A DNA stretch of 32,000 bases. Origin: Fastidiosibacter lacustris. Its GTDB lineage: Bacteria > Pseudomonadota > Gammaproteobacteria > Francisellales > Francisellaceae. Position 1 is the stretch's first letter, and every line of letters begins with the position of its first letter. The position numbers were made by a program, and so were the translations under genes. The stretch is from contig NZ_QLIR01000004.1 of assembly GCF_003428155.1 (NCBI RefSeq), positions 90,001-122,000 of the forward strand. Reading direction: 5' to 3'. Shown here in pieces: positions 19,215 to 27,842 of the stretch. The notes beneath the pieces are model-generated. The model was not told where the DNA came from. It did no database searches and saw nothing but the letters and a program-made list of their open reading frames with translations.

Positions 19215-20315
19215 ATGACAGATAAAATACCAACAGAAATAAATGCTTCAAAATCTGATATGCTTTCATCAGAAGGCACAATTGATTTATTTCATGACGT
19301 TACCAAACTTATTGAAGAAGCTCGTAATCATGTTGCCAGAGAGTATAATTCAGCTCAAGTGCTACTTTGCTGGCTGATTGGCGAGCGCATCAATGATCGT
19401 TTACTACAGTCCGATCGAGCTGACTATGGTGAAATGGTAGTAAGTTCTTTAGCCGACCAACTTAAAGTGAAGTATGGTAAAGGTTATAGTCGAGCAAACT
19501 TATTTCGTATGATCAAATTTGCTAAGTTATATCCTGATCGCAAGATTGTCTCAACGCTGTCGCGACAATTATCCTGGTCTCACTTTGTGCTTATTTGCGG
19601 TATTGATGATTACTTAAAACGAGACTTTTTTGCTGAAATGTGCCGTGTACAGAAATGGAGCGTTCGAGCATTGCAAAAGCAGATTAATGGAATGCTTTAT
19701 GAGCGTGTTGGTTTAAGCAAGCAACCAGAGGGGGTAATTAAAGCTCAAATTAGCCAACTTAAAAATAACGATGAAATGACGCCAGAGATGACATTTAAAG
19801 AACCTTACTTTTTGGATTTCATTGGTGCTCATTCTTATGCTTCAGAGCAAGAACTCGAAGATTTGATTTTGCAAAATATCACTGAATTCCTGCAAGAGAT
19901 TGGAACTGATTTTTGCTTTGTTTCTAGACAAAAACGTATGAGTACTGGCAAAAAGGATCGGTATCTGGATTTATTATTTTTTAATCGTCGACTGCGCCGC
20001 CTTATTGCCATCGATCTTAAACTCGGTGATTTTGATCCAGCTTATAAAGGGCAGATGGAATGGTATTTGAACTGGCTGGATAAAAATGAACGTCTTGACT
20101 ACGAAGAAAAGCCTATGGGCATTATTTTATGTGCAGGCAAAGATCATGATGATATTGAATATCTTGAAATGGATAAAACCGGCATTCATGTTGCTCAATA
20201 CCTAACAGAATTACCACCTAAAGAAATCTTAGAAGAGAGTCTACGCAAAGCGATTTCAACCGCAAGAGAAACCCATATTAAGCGTCTATTACTAGAGGAT
20301 AGGCGTGATGATTAA
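19215..20315 (+). CDS. YhcG-like PD-(D/E)XK nuclease family protein (DUF1016)
   Basis: 366 aa. The N-terminal helical domain (LSRQLSWSHFVLI...) and the C-terminal core DRYLDLLFFNRRLRRLIAIDLKLG (D...D/ExK) followed by GQMEWYLNWLD are typical of the YhcG family. Confidence 0.85.
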   Translation: MTDKIPTEINASKSDMLSSEGTIDLFHDVTKLIEEARNHVAREYNSAQVLLCWLIGERINDRLLQSDRADYGEMVVSSLADQLKVKYGKGYSRANLFRMIKFAKLYPDRKIVSTLSRQLSWSHFVLICGIDDYLKRDFFAEMCRVQKWSVRALQKQINGMLYERVGLSKQPEGVIKAQISQLKNNDEMTPEMTFKEPYFLDFIGAHSYASEQELEDLILQNITEFLQEIGTDFCFVSRQKRMSTGKKDRYLDLLFFNRRLRRLIAIDLKLGDFDPAYKGQMEWYLNWLDKNERLDYEEKPMGIILCAGKDHDDIEYLEMDKTGIHVAQYLTELPPKEILEESLRKAISTARETHIKRLLLEDRRDD

Positions 20316-20324
20316 ATTAAACTC

Positions 20325-20417
20325 TTACCTTAGTGTGTAATAAGTCTCAAATTCTTGACTATCCATTTTCTCCTCAATATGAGAATTAATGCTTTGACCA
20401 ATGTATTTATTGCTCAT
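20325..20417 (-). pseudogene. Truncated N-terminal remnant of an XRE/HigA-like antitoxin (30 codons)
   Basis: MSNKYIGQSINSHIEEKMDSQEFETYYTLR* preceded by GGAGG. It resembles the MxxKYIGSSFDxFLEEEGxxEE N-termini of antitoxins partnered with RelE/HigB (Gp49-like) toxins. The HTH region is absent, and the ORF ends about 10 bp from the yhcG-like stop. Confidence 0.4.
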
Positions 20418-20496
20418 TTAAAACCTCCATCATACGTTTCTCGCTGATTCCACGATCATTGTTTTTTGTATTTTGAGTTGGGTAGGGATTATTGCT
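20407..20496 (-). pseudogene. Possible decayed C-terminal tail of a RelE/HigB-like toxin
   Basis: The minus strand reads ...PTQNTKNNDRGISEKRMMEVLNEQ*, overlapping the ATG of the antitoxin remnant (ATGAGCAATAA). It is bounded upstream by stops and frameshifts. The similarity is weak and judged by eye. Confidence 0.25.
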
Positions 20497-20602
20497 TCAG
20501 CGAGTGTTTAACACATCCTGTATTACTTCCTCTGCACCGAGTCTAACCCTTTAAGCAGCGATGATTCAGATAGAGAGTTTACTATTGTTAGATTAAGGGG
20601 TA

Positions 20603-20938
20603 TTACGACAATATTACCTTAGAAATTTTGAGGATCTCATCAAGGCATGTTTTGGGGCACGTTTCTATTTTTTCAGCATTTCTTGATTTAAAATCCATTG
20701 AGCGAATCTGAAATGTTAAAATACTGCCTTTTGTTTTACATTTTCCGGGAAGTGTAACTTCAAATTTATTGCTCCGTTGCACACTTGTAATTGGAGCAAC
20801 AAAGGTAAACCCCGTGTGATCGTTAAAAACAGCTTTTGTTAAAACAAGTGCTGGTCTGCGTTTCATTATTTCACGACCAAGGCTTGGATCAAAATCAAGC
20901 CAGATAATATCTCCTTGGTCTGGAATATATTTTTTCAA
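20603..20938 (-). CDS. mazF: MazF/PemK-family endoribonuclease toxin
   Basis: IPDQGDIIWLDFDPSLGREIMKRRPALVLT...FVAPITS follows the PemK pattern. The likely TTG start (20938) overlaps the mazE TGA in a TTGA junction. The track ORF starts at an upstream ATG (20971) inside mazE. Confidence 0.85.
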   Translation of the reverse strand: MKKYIPDQGDIIWLDFDPSLGREIMKRRPALVLTKAVFNDHTGFTFVAPITSVQRSNKFEVTLPGKCKTKGSILTFQIRSMDFKSRNAEKIETCPKTCLDEILKISKVILS

Positions 20939-21189
20939 ATCTCTTTTCCTTTTGGCTTGGCTTGAACCCACTCTTTATCTTCGTCAAGAAGCTTAAAACT
21001 ATCTTTTGGGCTTTCAGCAAGCATTTTTTCTAGACTTAATTCTTCTTTTTTAGGTATCAAAATGATTTTATTATCTTCAACATGGATATCAAGCTTATCA
21101 CCCGTATGCAAGTTGAGAATTTGAAGTATTTTTTTAGGGATGCTCACAATACTCGCACCACCTGATTGTCTAAGTGATAGTGATGACAT
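20935..21189 (-). CDS. mazE: MazE/AbrB (SpoVT)-family antitoxin
   Basis: 84 aa. SGGASIVSIPKKILQILNLHTGDKLDIHVEDNKIILIP is a swapped-hairpin AbrB/MazE motif. GGAGAA RBS is present, and the gene sits immediately upstream of and overlapping mazF. Confidence 0.85.
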   Translation of the reverse strand: MSSLSLRQSGGASIVSIPKKILQILNLHTGDKLDIHVEDNKIILIPKKEELSLEKMLAESPKDSFKLLDEDKEWVQAKPKGKEI

Positions 21190-21213
21190 TGTATTTATTC
21201 TCCAAGTTTTTTT

Positions 21214-21231
21214 GTTATATAAAAGTATAAC
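21214..21231. promoter_or_regulatory. Palindrome GTTATA-N6-TATAAC upstream of mazE (candidate MazE/MazEF operator)
   Basis: Perfect 6-bp inverted repeat 25-40 bp upstream of the mazE start, in an AT-rich promoter-like region. TA operons are typically autoregulated at such palindromes. Confidence 0.3.
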
Positions 21232-21407
21232 TCAGATTCATACTACTTTCATTCGTTATTTTATAAAACACTGCCGACATTGTTTGAATATCCAATGCGA
21301 TAAGTTTAGAATAAGCCGCAGGAAAAAAAGCTACGTTAAGCTACTAGGCGCGTGTAAACGGTATCCTAAACAATAGATGCGACATAGTGGCAATAAAGGT
21401 CTCTAAT

Positions 21408-22082
21408 ATGAATATTGAGCTTGCAAAAGAAAACATGATAAAACAGCAAATCCGTCCCTTGGGTGTGCCATATGGGGATTTATTGAGCACAATTATCGAT
21501 ACGCCAAGAGAAATATTTGTACCAAAAAGTTTTAAAGAATTGGCTTATTCTGAGGTCGAAATTTTGCTTAATCACGGTCAAAAAGAGCTTACGCCTCAAA
21601 CGGTAATTAAGATGTTGCAACAACTTGCCCCTAAAAGGCATGAAAGGGCTTTGGAACTAGGTTGTGGTTGTGGCTATTTAACCGCTTTATTGGCTAAACT
21701 CACTAAGCTTATCGATGTGGTAAGTGAACACGAAGATATGTTAAATCACGTTAAAAATGCTTTAAAGACGATTGGGGTATACAATGCAAAATATCACCTT
21801 GGTGTGACAAAAGATGCTAAAACATTGACTGAACTTGTTGGATTGGATGTAAAATTTGATGTTATAGTGGTGCATAAATATCTTACTGTATCGCCTGAGA
21901 ATTATCTAAAATACTTAGCAGGAAATGGGCGAATGCTATACTTTTTAGCCAAAGGTGGCTATGCTAAGGCGGTTTTGATTCATAAAAACGTAGATGGTTC
22001 ATATCATCAAACATCAACGTTTGATGTTTATGAAAATGTAGATAAGAAAATGCAAGCAAAAAAAGCAGTATTTAAATTTTAA
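21408..22082 (+). CDS. pcm: Protein-L-isoaspartate O-methyltransferase family protein
   Basis: MNIELAKENMIKQQIRP N-terminus and SAM motif ALELGCGCGYLTALLAKL. Start placed at ATG 21408 rather than the track GTG 21387. Confidence 0.78.
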   Translation: MNIELAKENMIKQQIRPLGVPYGDLLSTIIDTPREIFVPKSFKELAYSEVEILLNHGQKELTPQTVIKMLQQLAPKRHERALELGCGCGYLTALLAKLTKLIDVVSEHEDMLNHVKNALKTIGVYNAKYHLGVTKDAKTLTELVGLDVKFDVIVVHKYLTVSPENYLKYLAGNGRMLYFLAKGGYAKAVLIHKNVDGSYHQTSTFDVYENVDKKMQAKKAVFKF

Positions 22083-22106
22083 TAATGGATCACGATAGGT
22101 TAGCGG

Positions 22107-23495
22107 ATGAAAAGAATTACAATACTATTAAGTGGATTATTAATGACTGGATTAGCGTTAGCTAAGATAGACACGATGGATGCTGATGTAGAAAAAACAG
22201 CTTCTCTACCACAAAATTTGTCACAGATTTATGCACTTGCACAACAACATAATGCACAATATTTAGCAGCAGAAGCGACATTTAAATCAACTGAGCAAAA
22301 CGTACCACAAGCTTTAGGTAAGCTATTGCCAAATATTACCGCAAGCTATAATGCACAGAGTAACTACAGCCAAACTGTGGATGAGTCAACGGGTGCTAAA
22401 AACAAATATTTTACTCAAGCGCCTAGCTTAACAGCAACACAAGCACTCTTTAATTGGGGAGCGTGGGGAGGATATAACTATGCAAGTTATCAAGCTAAAG
22501 CAGATGCGATTACTTTTGTGATTGCGCAAGCAAATTTAATTATTTTTGTTACAAGTGCATATTTTGCGGTATTACAAGCAGAAGACAACCTTGCTTATGC
22601 ACAAGCAAATGAATCTTGGAATAAAGAATTGCTCAATCAAACGCAAGAAAAATATAAAGTGGGATTATCGGCTATTACCGATGTCCAAGCAATTAAAGCA
22701 CAATATGAACAATCAGTAGCGGTAACTGTGCAAGCTAAAAACAACTTAGCGACAGCGTTTTCGCAAATCAGTCAAATTATCGGTGAACAGGTGACATCGA
22801 TTGAAAATTTAAGTGACAAATTCCCATTCGACAAACCACAGCCAGACAATATGGATAAGTGGCTGCAAATTGCATTAAAGCAAAATAATAATATTGTACA
22901 AAATCAATTTTTAGTGGAGGCAGCTCAAGCGGGTGTAAGTGGTTTATGGGGAGCATTTTTGCCTGCGGCAGAGTTAAATGCTTCTTTGTCACGTAACTTA
23001 AATTACCAAAATAAAAACTATACGTCAGGGAGCACAACTTCAGCAGCTGGTGTTGGGGTGAGCTGGAATCTTGTCAATGGTGGCAGTGACTATGCGGCAT
23101 TAAAATCTCAACAATATACAGCAACAGCGACCAAATATACTTTGCAAGAAACACAGCGTGCAACGGAAAGTAAGCTAAAAACAGCTTACCTAACCGTGTT
23201 ATCCGACATTGCTCAAGTAGAGGCCTACAAGCAAGCAGTTATTGCAGCAGAAGCTTCTGTTAAAGCGATGAAAGCAGGTTATGATGTAGGAACGCACACT
23301 ATTGTCGATCTGTTACAACAACAGCAACAACTCTTCCAAGCCCAAAGGCAATATGCTCAGGCAAAATATGCTTATATCAATGATTTATTGACTTTGAAAA
23401 ATACAGCTGGGGTATTGAGCTATAAAGACGTTGATGCAATCAACAAATGGTTAACTGCTGAGAAAGTATCAACACAAAGTAGCAGTATGATTTAA
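22107..23495 (+). CDS. tolC: TolC-family outer membrane efflux channel
   Basis: 462 aa with a signal peptide (LMTGLALA). It has two repeated halves with TolC-like helical/beta motifs (LSQIYALAQQHNAQYLAA..., DVGTHTIVDLLQQQQQLFQAQRQYAQAKYAYI). Confidence 0.9.
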   Translation: MKRITILLSGLLMTGLALAKIDTMDADVEKTASLPQNLSQIYALAQQHNAQYLAAEATFKSTEQNVPQALGKLLPNITASYNAQSNYSQTVDESTGAKNKYFTQAPSLTATQALFNWGAWGGYNYASYQAKADAITFVIAQANLIIFVTSAYFAVLQAEDNLAYAQANESWNKELLNQTQEKYKVGLSAITDVQAIKAQYEQSVAVTVQAKNNLATAFSQISQIIGEQVTSIENLSDKFPFDKPQPDNMDKWLQIALKQNNNIVQNQFLVEAAQAGVSGLWGAFLPAAELNASLSRNLNYQNKNYTSGSTTSAAGVGVSWNLVNGGSDYAALKSQQYTATATKYTLQETQRATESKLKTAYLTVLSDIAQVEAYKQAVIAAEASVKAMKAGYDVGTHTIVDLLQQQQQLFQAQRQYAQAKYAYINDLLTLKNTAGVLSYKDVDAINKWLTAEKVSTQSSSMI

Positions 23496-23529
23496 TGACA
23501 AAGAGAGTATATAAAGAAAAGAGAAATAA

Positions 23530-24060
23530 ATGTTAAAACGAAGTGCTGATAAACTCAGTAAGCTTGAAGTTTTTCTTGAGCGTGCCATTTTTGCAAGTCG
23601 CTGGATTCAAGCGCCAATTTACCTTATTTTAGTATTGGTTTTGCTTGCTTTTGTTTATCAAATGGCAAGCGAAGTTTTACACCTTTTTATGACGATAAAG
23701 AGCTTAGCACCGCATGAGCTGATTGTGCTTGGTTTGACTTTGTGTGATACCGTTTTGGTGGCAAACTTAATCGTGATTGTAATTATCAGTGGCTATGAGA
23801 ATTTTGTCTCAAAAATCGACGTTGAACACAAATCAGGTGAACCTATTTGGATTAAACGCTTGTCACATACGGGTGTTAAGCTTAAAATTGCAGGATCAAT
23901 TGTGGCAATTTCCTCTATTTCATTACTTAAGCAATTTTTGGATATTCCACAGTTATCGAACCGTGATTTGATGTGGTATGTATTATTGCACTTAACTTTT
24001 TTAGTTTCAGCGTTAATATTGGTATTTGTAGGTCTGTTAGAGAAAAAAATAAAAGAATAG
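23530..24060 (+). CDS. yqhA: UPF0114 (YqhA-like) inner membrane protein
   Basis: 176 aa. The N-terminus LERAIFASRWIQAPIYLILV and a 3-4 TM layout are typical of the YqhA family. Confidence 0.72.
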   Translation: MLKRSADKLSKLEVFLERAIFASRWIQAPIYLILVLVLLAFVYQMASEVLHLFMTIKSLAPHELIVLGLTLCDTVLVANLIVIVIISGYENFVSKIDVEHKSGEPIWIKRLSHTGVKLKIAGSIVAISSISLLKQFLDIPQLSNRDLMWYVLLHLTFLVSALILVFVGLLEKKIKE

Positions 24061-24258
24061 TTTAGACGGTTAATAAACCCTCTATCACCTAAAGAAAATA
24101 AAAAGCATTCCGTTTGTGCTTTGACCGCTATCATTCTATAAGCTATAAGCATAGCTTTATATGAAGTCACTATAAGTAACATTGATTAAATGATTAAGCG
24201 TACATAATAAGTAAACGTTATTGCCAATGTGCCTTACATAATAAACACGAGTGAAAAT

Positions 24259-24684
24259 ATGAATATAATGGAACGACAACAGGCTTTGATTGATGACTTT
24301 AATTTTTTTGACGATTGGAGTGATAAATATGCCTATTTGATTGGTTTAGGCAAGAATTTAGAACCTTTCCCAGAGAGTAAAAAAGATGAAGCACACATGG
24401 TTAAAGGTTGTCAGTCACAAGTGTGGTTTGATGCGCAGTTGCAACAAGGCAAGCTTATGTTTCATGGTATCAGTGATGCCGCAATTGTATCGGGTTTAAT
24501 TGGATTGCTATTGCAAGTTTATAGCGATGCCTTTCCTCATGAAATTCTTGATTCTACTACTGATTTTATGACAGAAATTGGATTGGCTAAACACCTAAGT
24601 CCAACACGTAATAATGGATTATATGCCATGATCAACTATATCTATAGTACGGCACAAAAATATGTCGATGCAACAACCCCCTAA
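24259..24684 (+). CDS. sufE: Cysteine desulfuration protein SufE
   Basis: FDDWSDKYAYLIGLG and the active-site block VKGCQSQVWF. Start placed at ATG 24259 (MNIMERQQ) rather than GTG 24229. Confidence 0.85.
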   Translation: MNIMERQQALIDDFNFFDDWSDKYAYLIGLGKNLEPFPESKKDEAHMVKGCQSQVWFDAQLQQGKLMFHGISDAAIVSGLIGLLLQVYSDAFPHEILDSTTDFMTEIGLAKHLSPTRNNGLYAMINYIYSTAQKYVDATTP

Positions 24685-25426
24685 AGTTATTGTCTGCCGA
24701 CCTGAGCCCAAAGCAACTGAACTTGTGGAGCAATTAAATAAATGTGATATAAGTGCAGTTGTTATTGAGCCTTTTATAATCAATTATTTGCCTTTTGAGC
24801 TTAATGCAATTGATAGGGTGACAGATATGATCTTTACGAGTACCTTTGCTGTTGAAGCTTTCTTCCACCAAATGGTGCCTATTGATATGCTTGACGACAA
24901 AAAAATATGGGCGATTGGTGAGGCGACCAAGGCTAAGCTTAAAGCGTTTGGGTTAAGTGCAATCGCGCCGCAACATGCTGACTCAGAGGGACTACTTGAA
25001 GTGATGGATTATAGCGCAGATGTATTATCTAAAGGGCACTTTTTGATTGTGAAAGGCGAAGGAGGACGCGAGTATTTAGCATATGCTTTAGCAAACAAAG
25101 TCAAAAAATTAACAATGGTGGACTGTTATCGGCGCGTATTCGTGAGTAAGCATGATTTAGTGCAACAATTGCAATCTATCGACTCTCAAACAGCGCCTTG
25201 CGTTATTCTCTATACTAGCTTTGATGCCATGCAAGCAACGATGGCGATGTTTGATCTGTACCCTAGTTGGCGCAATGAATCTATCGTTACTGTAACAAAT
25301 ACCCGAATGTTAAGCTGGGCTAAATGCCAAGGTTTTGTTAAATTATATTTGTTAGAGAAATTGAGCAACGATGCGCTTATAAACACACTTATGACACTGC
25401 TCAAAAAAGGGATGGTAAGATGGTAA
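24662..25426 (+). CDS. hemD: Uroporphyrinogen-III synthase
   Basis: 254 aa with a HemD-like two-lobe pattern (VIVCRPEP...ELVEQL, IFTSTFAVEAF, WAIGEATKAKL), followed by hemX- and hemY-like genes. Confidence 0.78.
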   Translation: MSMQQPPKVIVCRPEPKATELVEQLNKCDISAVVIEPFIINYLPFELNAIDRVTDMIFTSTFAVEAFFHQMVPIDMLDDKKIWAIGEATKAKLKAFGLSAIAPQHADSEGLLEVMDYSADVLSKGHFLIVKGEGGREYLAYALANKVKKLTMVDCYRRVFVSKHDLVQQLQSIDSQTAPCVILYTSFDAMQATMAMFDLYPSWRNESIVTVTNTRMLSWAKCQGFVKLYLLEKLSNDALINTLMTLLKKGMVRW

Positions 25427-26673
25427 ATGAAACGACTAAGCATGATGAGGATCCAACAGCGCAACAAACACAAAACACTGATGTGCCATTAACACATATT
25501 AAAGAGCGGCAAGCGCTTTTAATAGAGGAACCTGATGTGTCCAAACTTATAAAAGATAAGCTCTATAGATCAAGCGGGCGAGGATATACTTTTATTGTGT
25601 TATTAGCCATTGGTATTGCGCTATGTGGATTGGGGGTAGGTCTATTTGCATTGTATAAGCAGCAAAGTTATAACGCGGTATTGCAAGAATTCGTCAGTGT
25701 CGAACAAATGCCAACCAAGATAGATGATAGTGTTGTTAAAGCTTTGCAAAATAAGCTTAATACTCAAGATATGCTGATGAATAAGCAGCAAGACGCATTA
25801 ACTGTATTACAAGCACAACAAACAAAGCAAAAATCAGAAATAGATAATGCATTAAAAGCAAACGATCTTAATCAGGTCGAGCTTGCACAAAAACTTAGCC
25901 AATTACAGCAAAGCTATTTATTGCCAACTACTGAGTTAAGTAAGCAAATTCAGCTTATGCGCAAACAAACACTCATCCTAAACCTAGCGTTTGCTAAACA
26001 AGCATGGCAAGTTCTAGGCAGCACAACACAAACTCTATTTTTCATTAATCAAGCAAAATCGATACTTATTAACATCGATCAAGCTGGTGGATGGTTTCCC
26101 AAACTTGATGCCATTGCCACAGAATTACAAAATAGTGTAAGTATTGAAGATAACTTCATCAAGATCTCTACTTTGCAAGCTCTACTTCTAAAATTAAAAT
26201 CGTTACCACCTATTGCTCTAGATCAAACTAATAAAGCAACTGCTGTAGTGCAATCAAATGCAGCTGATGAAAGTTGGAGCAAGGCGATTGATGTTTTATG
26301 GCAGCAAGTAAAATCGCTTATTCAAGTACAAAAACTCACAAATGACAATAGCGTTTTACTTGCTCAAAATGCGCATTTTAAAATACTGGCAAATTTATAT
26401 GAATTATTACTTGAGCTTAAAATTGCACTTCTGAATAACGATGCCCCATTGTTGCAAACCATTAAAGAAACATTGGATAAAAATATCCTCAGTTACTTTG
26501 CTGATGATCAAACAAGGCAAGCTGCACTTGCGCTAATTGCACAAATTAAAGTTACACCTGCTAAGATAAATGATGAAATTGATCAATTAATCACATCCAT
26601 TCAACAAAACTCGGTTGAAACGACTACACCACAAATGAATTTTCCACAAGAACCACAAGGTAAGCTATCATGA
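25420..26673 (+). CDS. hemX: HemX-like membrane protein
   Basis: Polar N-terminus, a single TM helix (FIVLLAIGIALCGLGVGLFAL), then a Q-rich coiled coil. The gene overlaps hemD and sits in hemD-hemX-hemY synteny. Confidence 0.6.
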   Translation: MVNETTKHDEDPTAQQTQNTDVPLTHIKERQALLIEEPDVSKLIKDKLYRSSGRGYTFIVLLAIGIALCGLGVGLFALYKQQSYNAVLQEFVSVEQMPTKIDDSVVKALQNKLNTQDMLMNKQQDALTVLQAQQTKQKSEIDNALKANDLNQVELAQKLSQLQQSYLLPTTELSKQIQLMRKQTLILNLAFAKQAWQVLGSTTQTLFFINQAKSILINIDQAGGWFPKLDAIATELQNSVSIEDNFIKISTLQALLLKLKSLPPIALDQTNKATAVVQSNAADESWSKAIDVLWQQVKSLIQVQKLTNDNSVLLAQNAHFKILANLYELLLELKIALLNNDAPLLQTIKETLDKNILSYFADDQTRQAALALIAQIKVTPAKINDEIDQLITSIQQNSVETTTPQMNFPQEPQGKLS

Positions 26674-27842
26674 AAAAGGTAGCATGGTTAATATTGATTT
26701 GTGCTTTAGCAGTACTTGGCAGTCTGTCGGTATTGTATCATCCTGGTGTGGTTGCTTTTTTTGTCGATGATACTTTGATTAAACTGCCGTTATGGTTATT
26801 CATCGTTATTATTGTTGTGGGACTTACTATTTTAGGTTTTGTTTATCATTTACTTAAGGTAGTTGTGTTTACGCCAAGACATTGGTGGCAAACCTTGCAC
26901 ATGCGTAAAAAAAAGAAACTCAATATATTACTTGTTGAAATGCAAAAAGCCTATTTATTACAAGATCAACGCTATATTGATAAACATAAAGCGCAAGCTA
27001 AGCTTGATACTCCCGAGGTTGGTGAAGGGTTGACCATGCTCTATTGGCAAAGTCTTTACGATGCAGGTAAATATAAAGAATTACAAAGTATTTTACTTGC
27101 GCTAAAAAGACAGATGGAACTTGAGTTTATTTGGCGTTATTATCAAGCGATGATTTTCGTTAAGGTTGCTGAATATGGCGAAGCGTTGGCACTGTTGCAG
27201 GGTTTAATCGAACAAGAACCACGTAGCAAAAGCCTTATTCATACACTTATCATCTGTCAGATTGAACAAAAACAATCTATCATTGCTCGAAATACGATTG
27301 TTAAATATCAACATTTATTCAGCTTGGATGAGCTTAATCACTATTTTGAACAGATTTTAATGTCTGTGGTAAGCTACAATGATTTAAGTGAAATTTGGCA
27401 AGGCTTGCCAAAACGTTGTCGTATAACGAGTGGGCTTGACTGTGTATACTTTAAACGACTAGCAGCTTTTGTACCTCTTGCTGATTTTAGAGAGCAAATT
27501 CAAAAGGAGCTAACACATCGACTTAGATTTGAACTGGTATTGCTTTATTTAAATAAACTAAAAGATCAAAGAGCGTATGAATTTATAAAAGCATGTTGGC
27601 TTAAACAAAATGATGGTGATTTAGATCAATTAAATTTGTTGTTGCTAACACAAGCGCTTGTTTATCAGGATTGGGAATTTATGGAAACACATATAGATCG
27701 ACTACAACGCACAAAGCTTACGACTCAAGAGGAGGTAAAATATTTACTGTTACGCTCAAAATTTTGTGAGCATCAATCTATGCCAAATCAAGCACATAAG
27801 CTTTTAGCTGAAGTAGAACAGCTATTATTGGAGTTAAAATGA
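26670..27842 (+). CDS. hemY: HemY-like protein (two N-terminal TM helices plus TPR-like region)
   Basis: HemY_N-like start (MKKVAWLILICALAVL...FVDDTLIKLPLWLFIV). It overlaps hemX by 4 nt (ATGA). Confidence 0.7.
   Translation: MKKVAWLILICALAVLGSLSVLYHPGVVAFFVDDTLIKLPLWLFIVIIVVGLTILGFVYHLLKVVVFTPRHWWQTLHMRKKKKLNILLVEMQKAYLLQDQRYIDKHKAQAKLDTPEVGEGLTMLYWQSLYDAGKYKELQSILLALKRQMELEFIWRYYQAMIFVKVAEYGEALALLQGLIEQEPRSKSLIHTLIICQIEQKQSIIARNTIVKYQHLFSLDELNHYFEQILMSVVSYNDLSEIWQGLPKRCRITSGLDCVYFKRLAAFVPLADFREQIQKELTHRLRFELVLLYLNKLKDQRAYEFIKACWLKQNDGDLDQLNLLLLTQALVYQDWEFMETHIDRLQRTKLTTQEEVKYLLLRSKFCEHQSMPNQAHKLLAEVEQLLLELK

Noticed and set aside
21140-21376. 78-aa + strand ORF spanning the mazE 5' end and the promoter region
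   Set aside because: It overlaps mazE antisense, has no RBS or motifs, and the region is better explained as the divergent mazE / pcm promoter spacer.
24140-24170. Imperfect inverted repeat ATAAGCTAT-AAGC-ATAGCTTTAT upstream of sufE
   Set aside because: The stem is interrupted by an extra base and is very AT-rich. It is not distinguishable from background in this composition.
23793-24182. 129-aa minus-strand ORF overlapping the yqhA-like 3' half and the following spacer
   Set aside because: It is mostly antisense to a membrane-protein gene and has no recognisable motifs. The other small track ORFs at 2545-2796, 3926-4145, 4441-4644, 4983-5216, 6142-6345, 6880-7089, 7462-7674, 7976-8158, 9618-9903, 12169-12381, 13769-14021, 15088-15282, 16159-16356, 18795-19125, 22777-23037, 23789-23971, 25210-25473 and 28925-29131 were rejected for the same reason.
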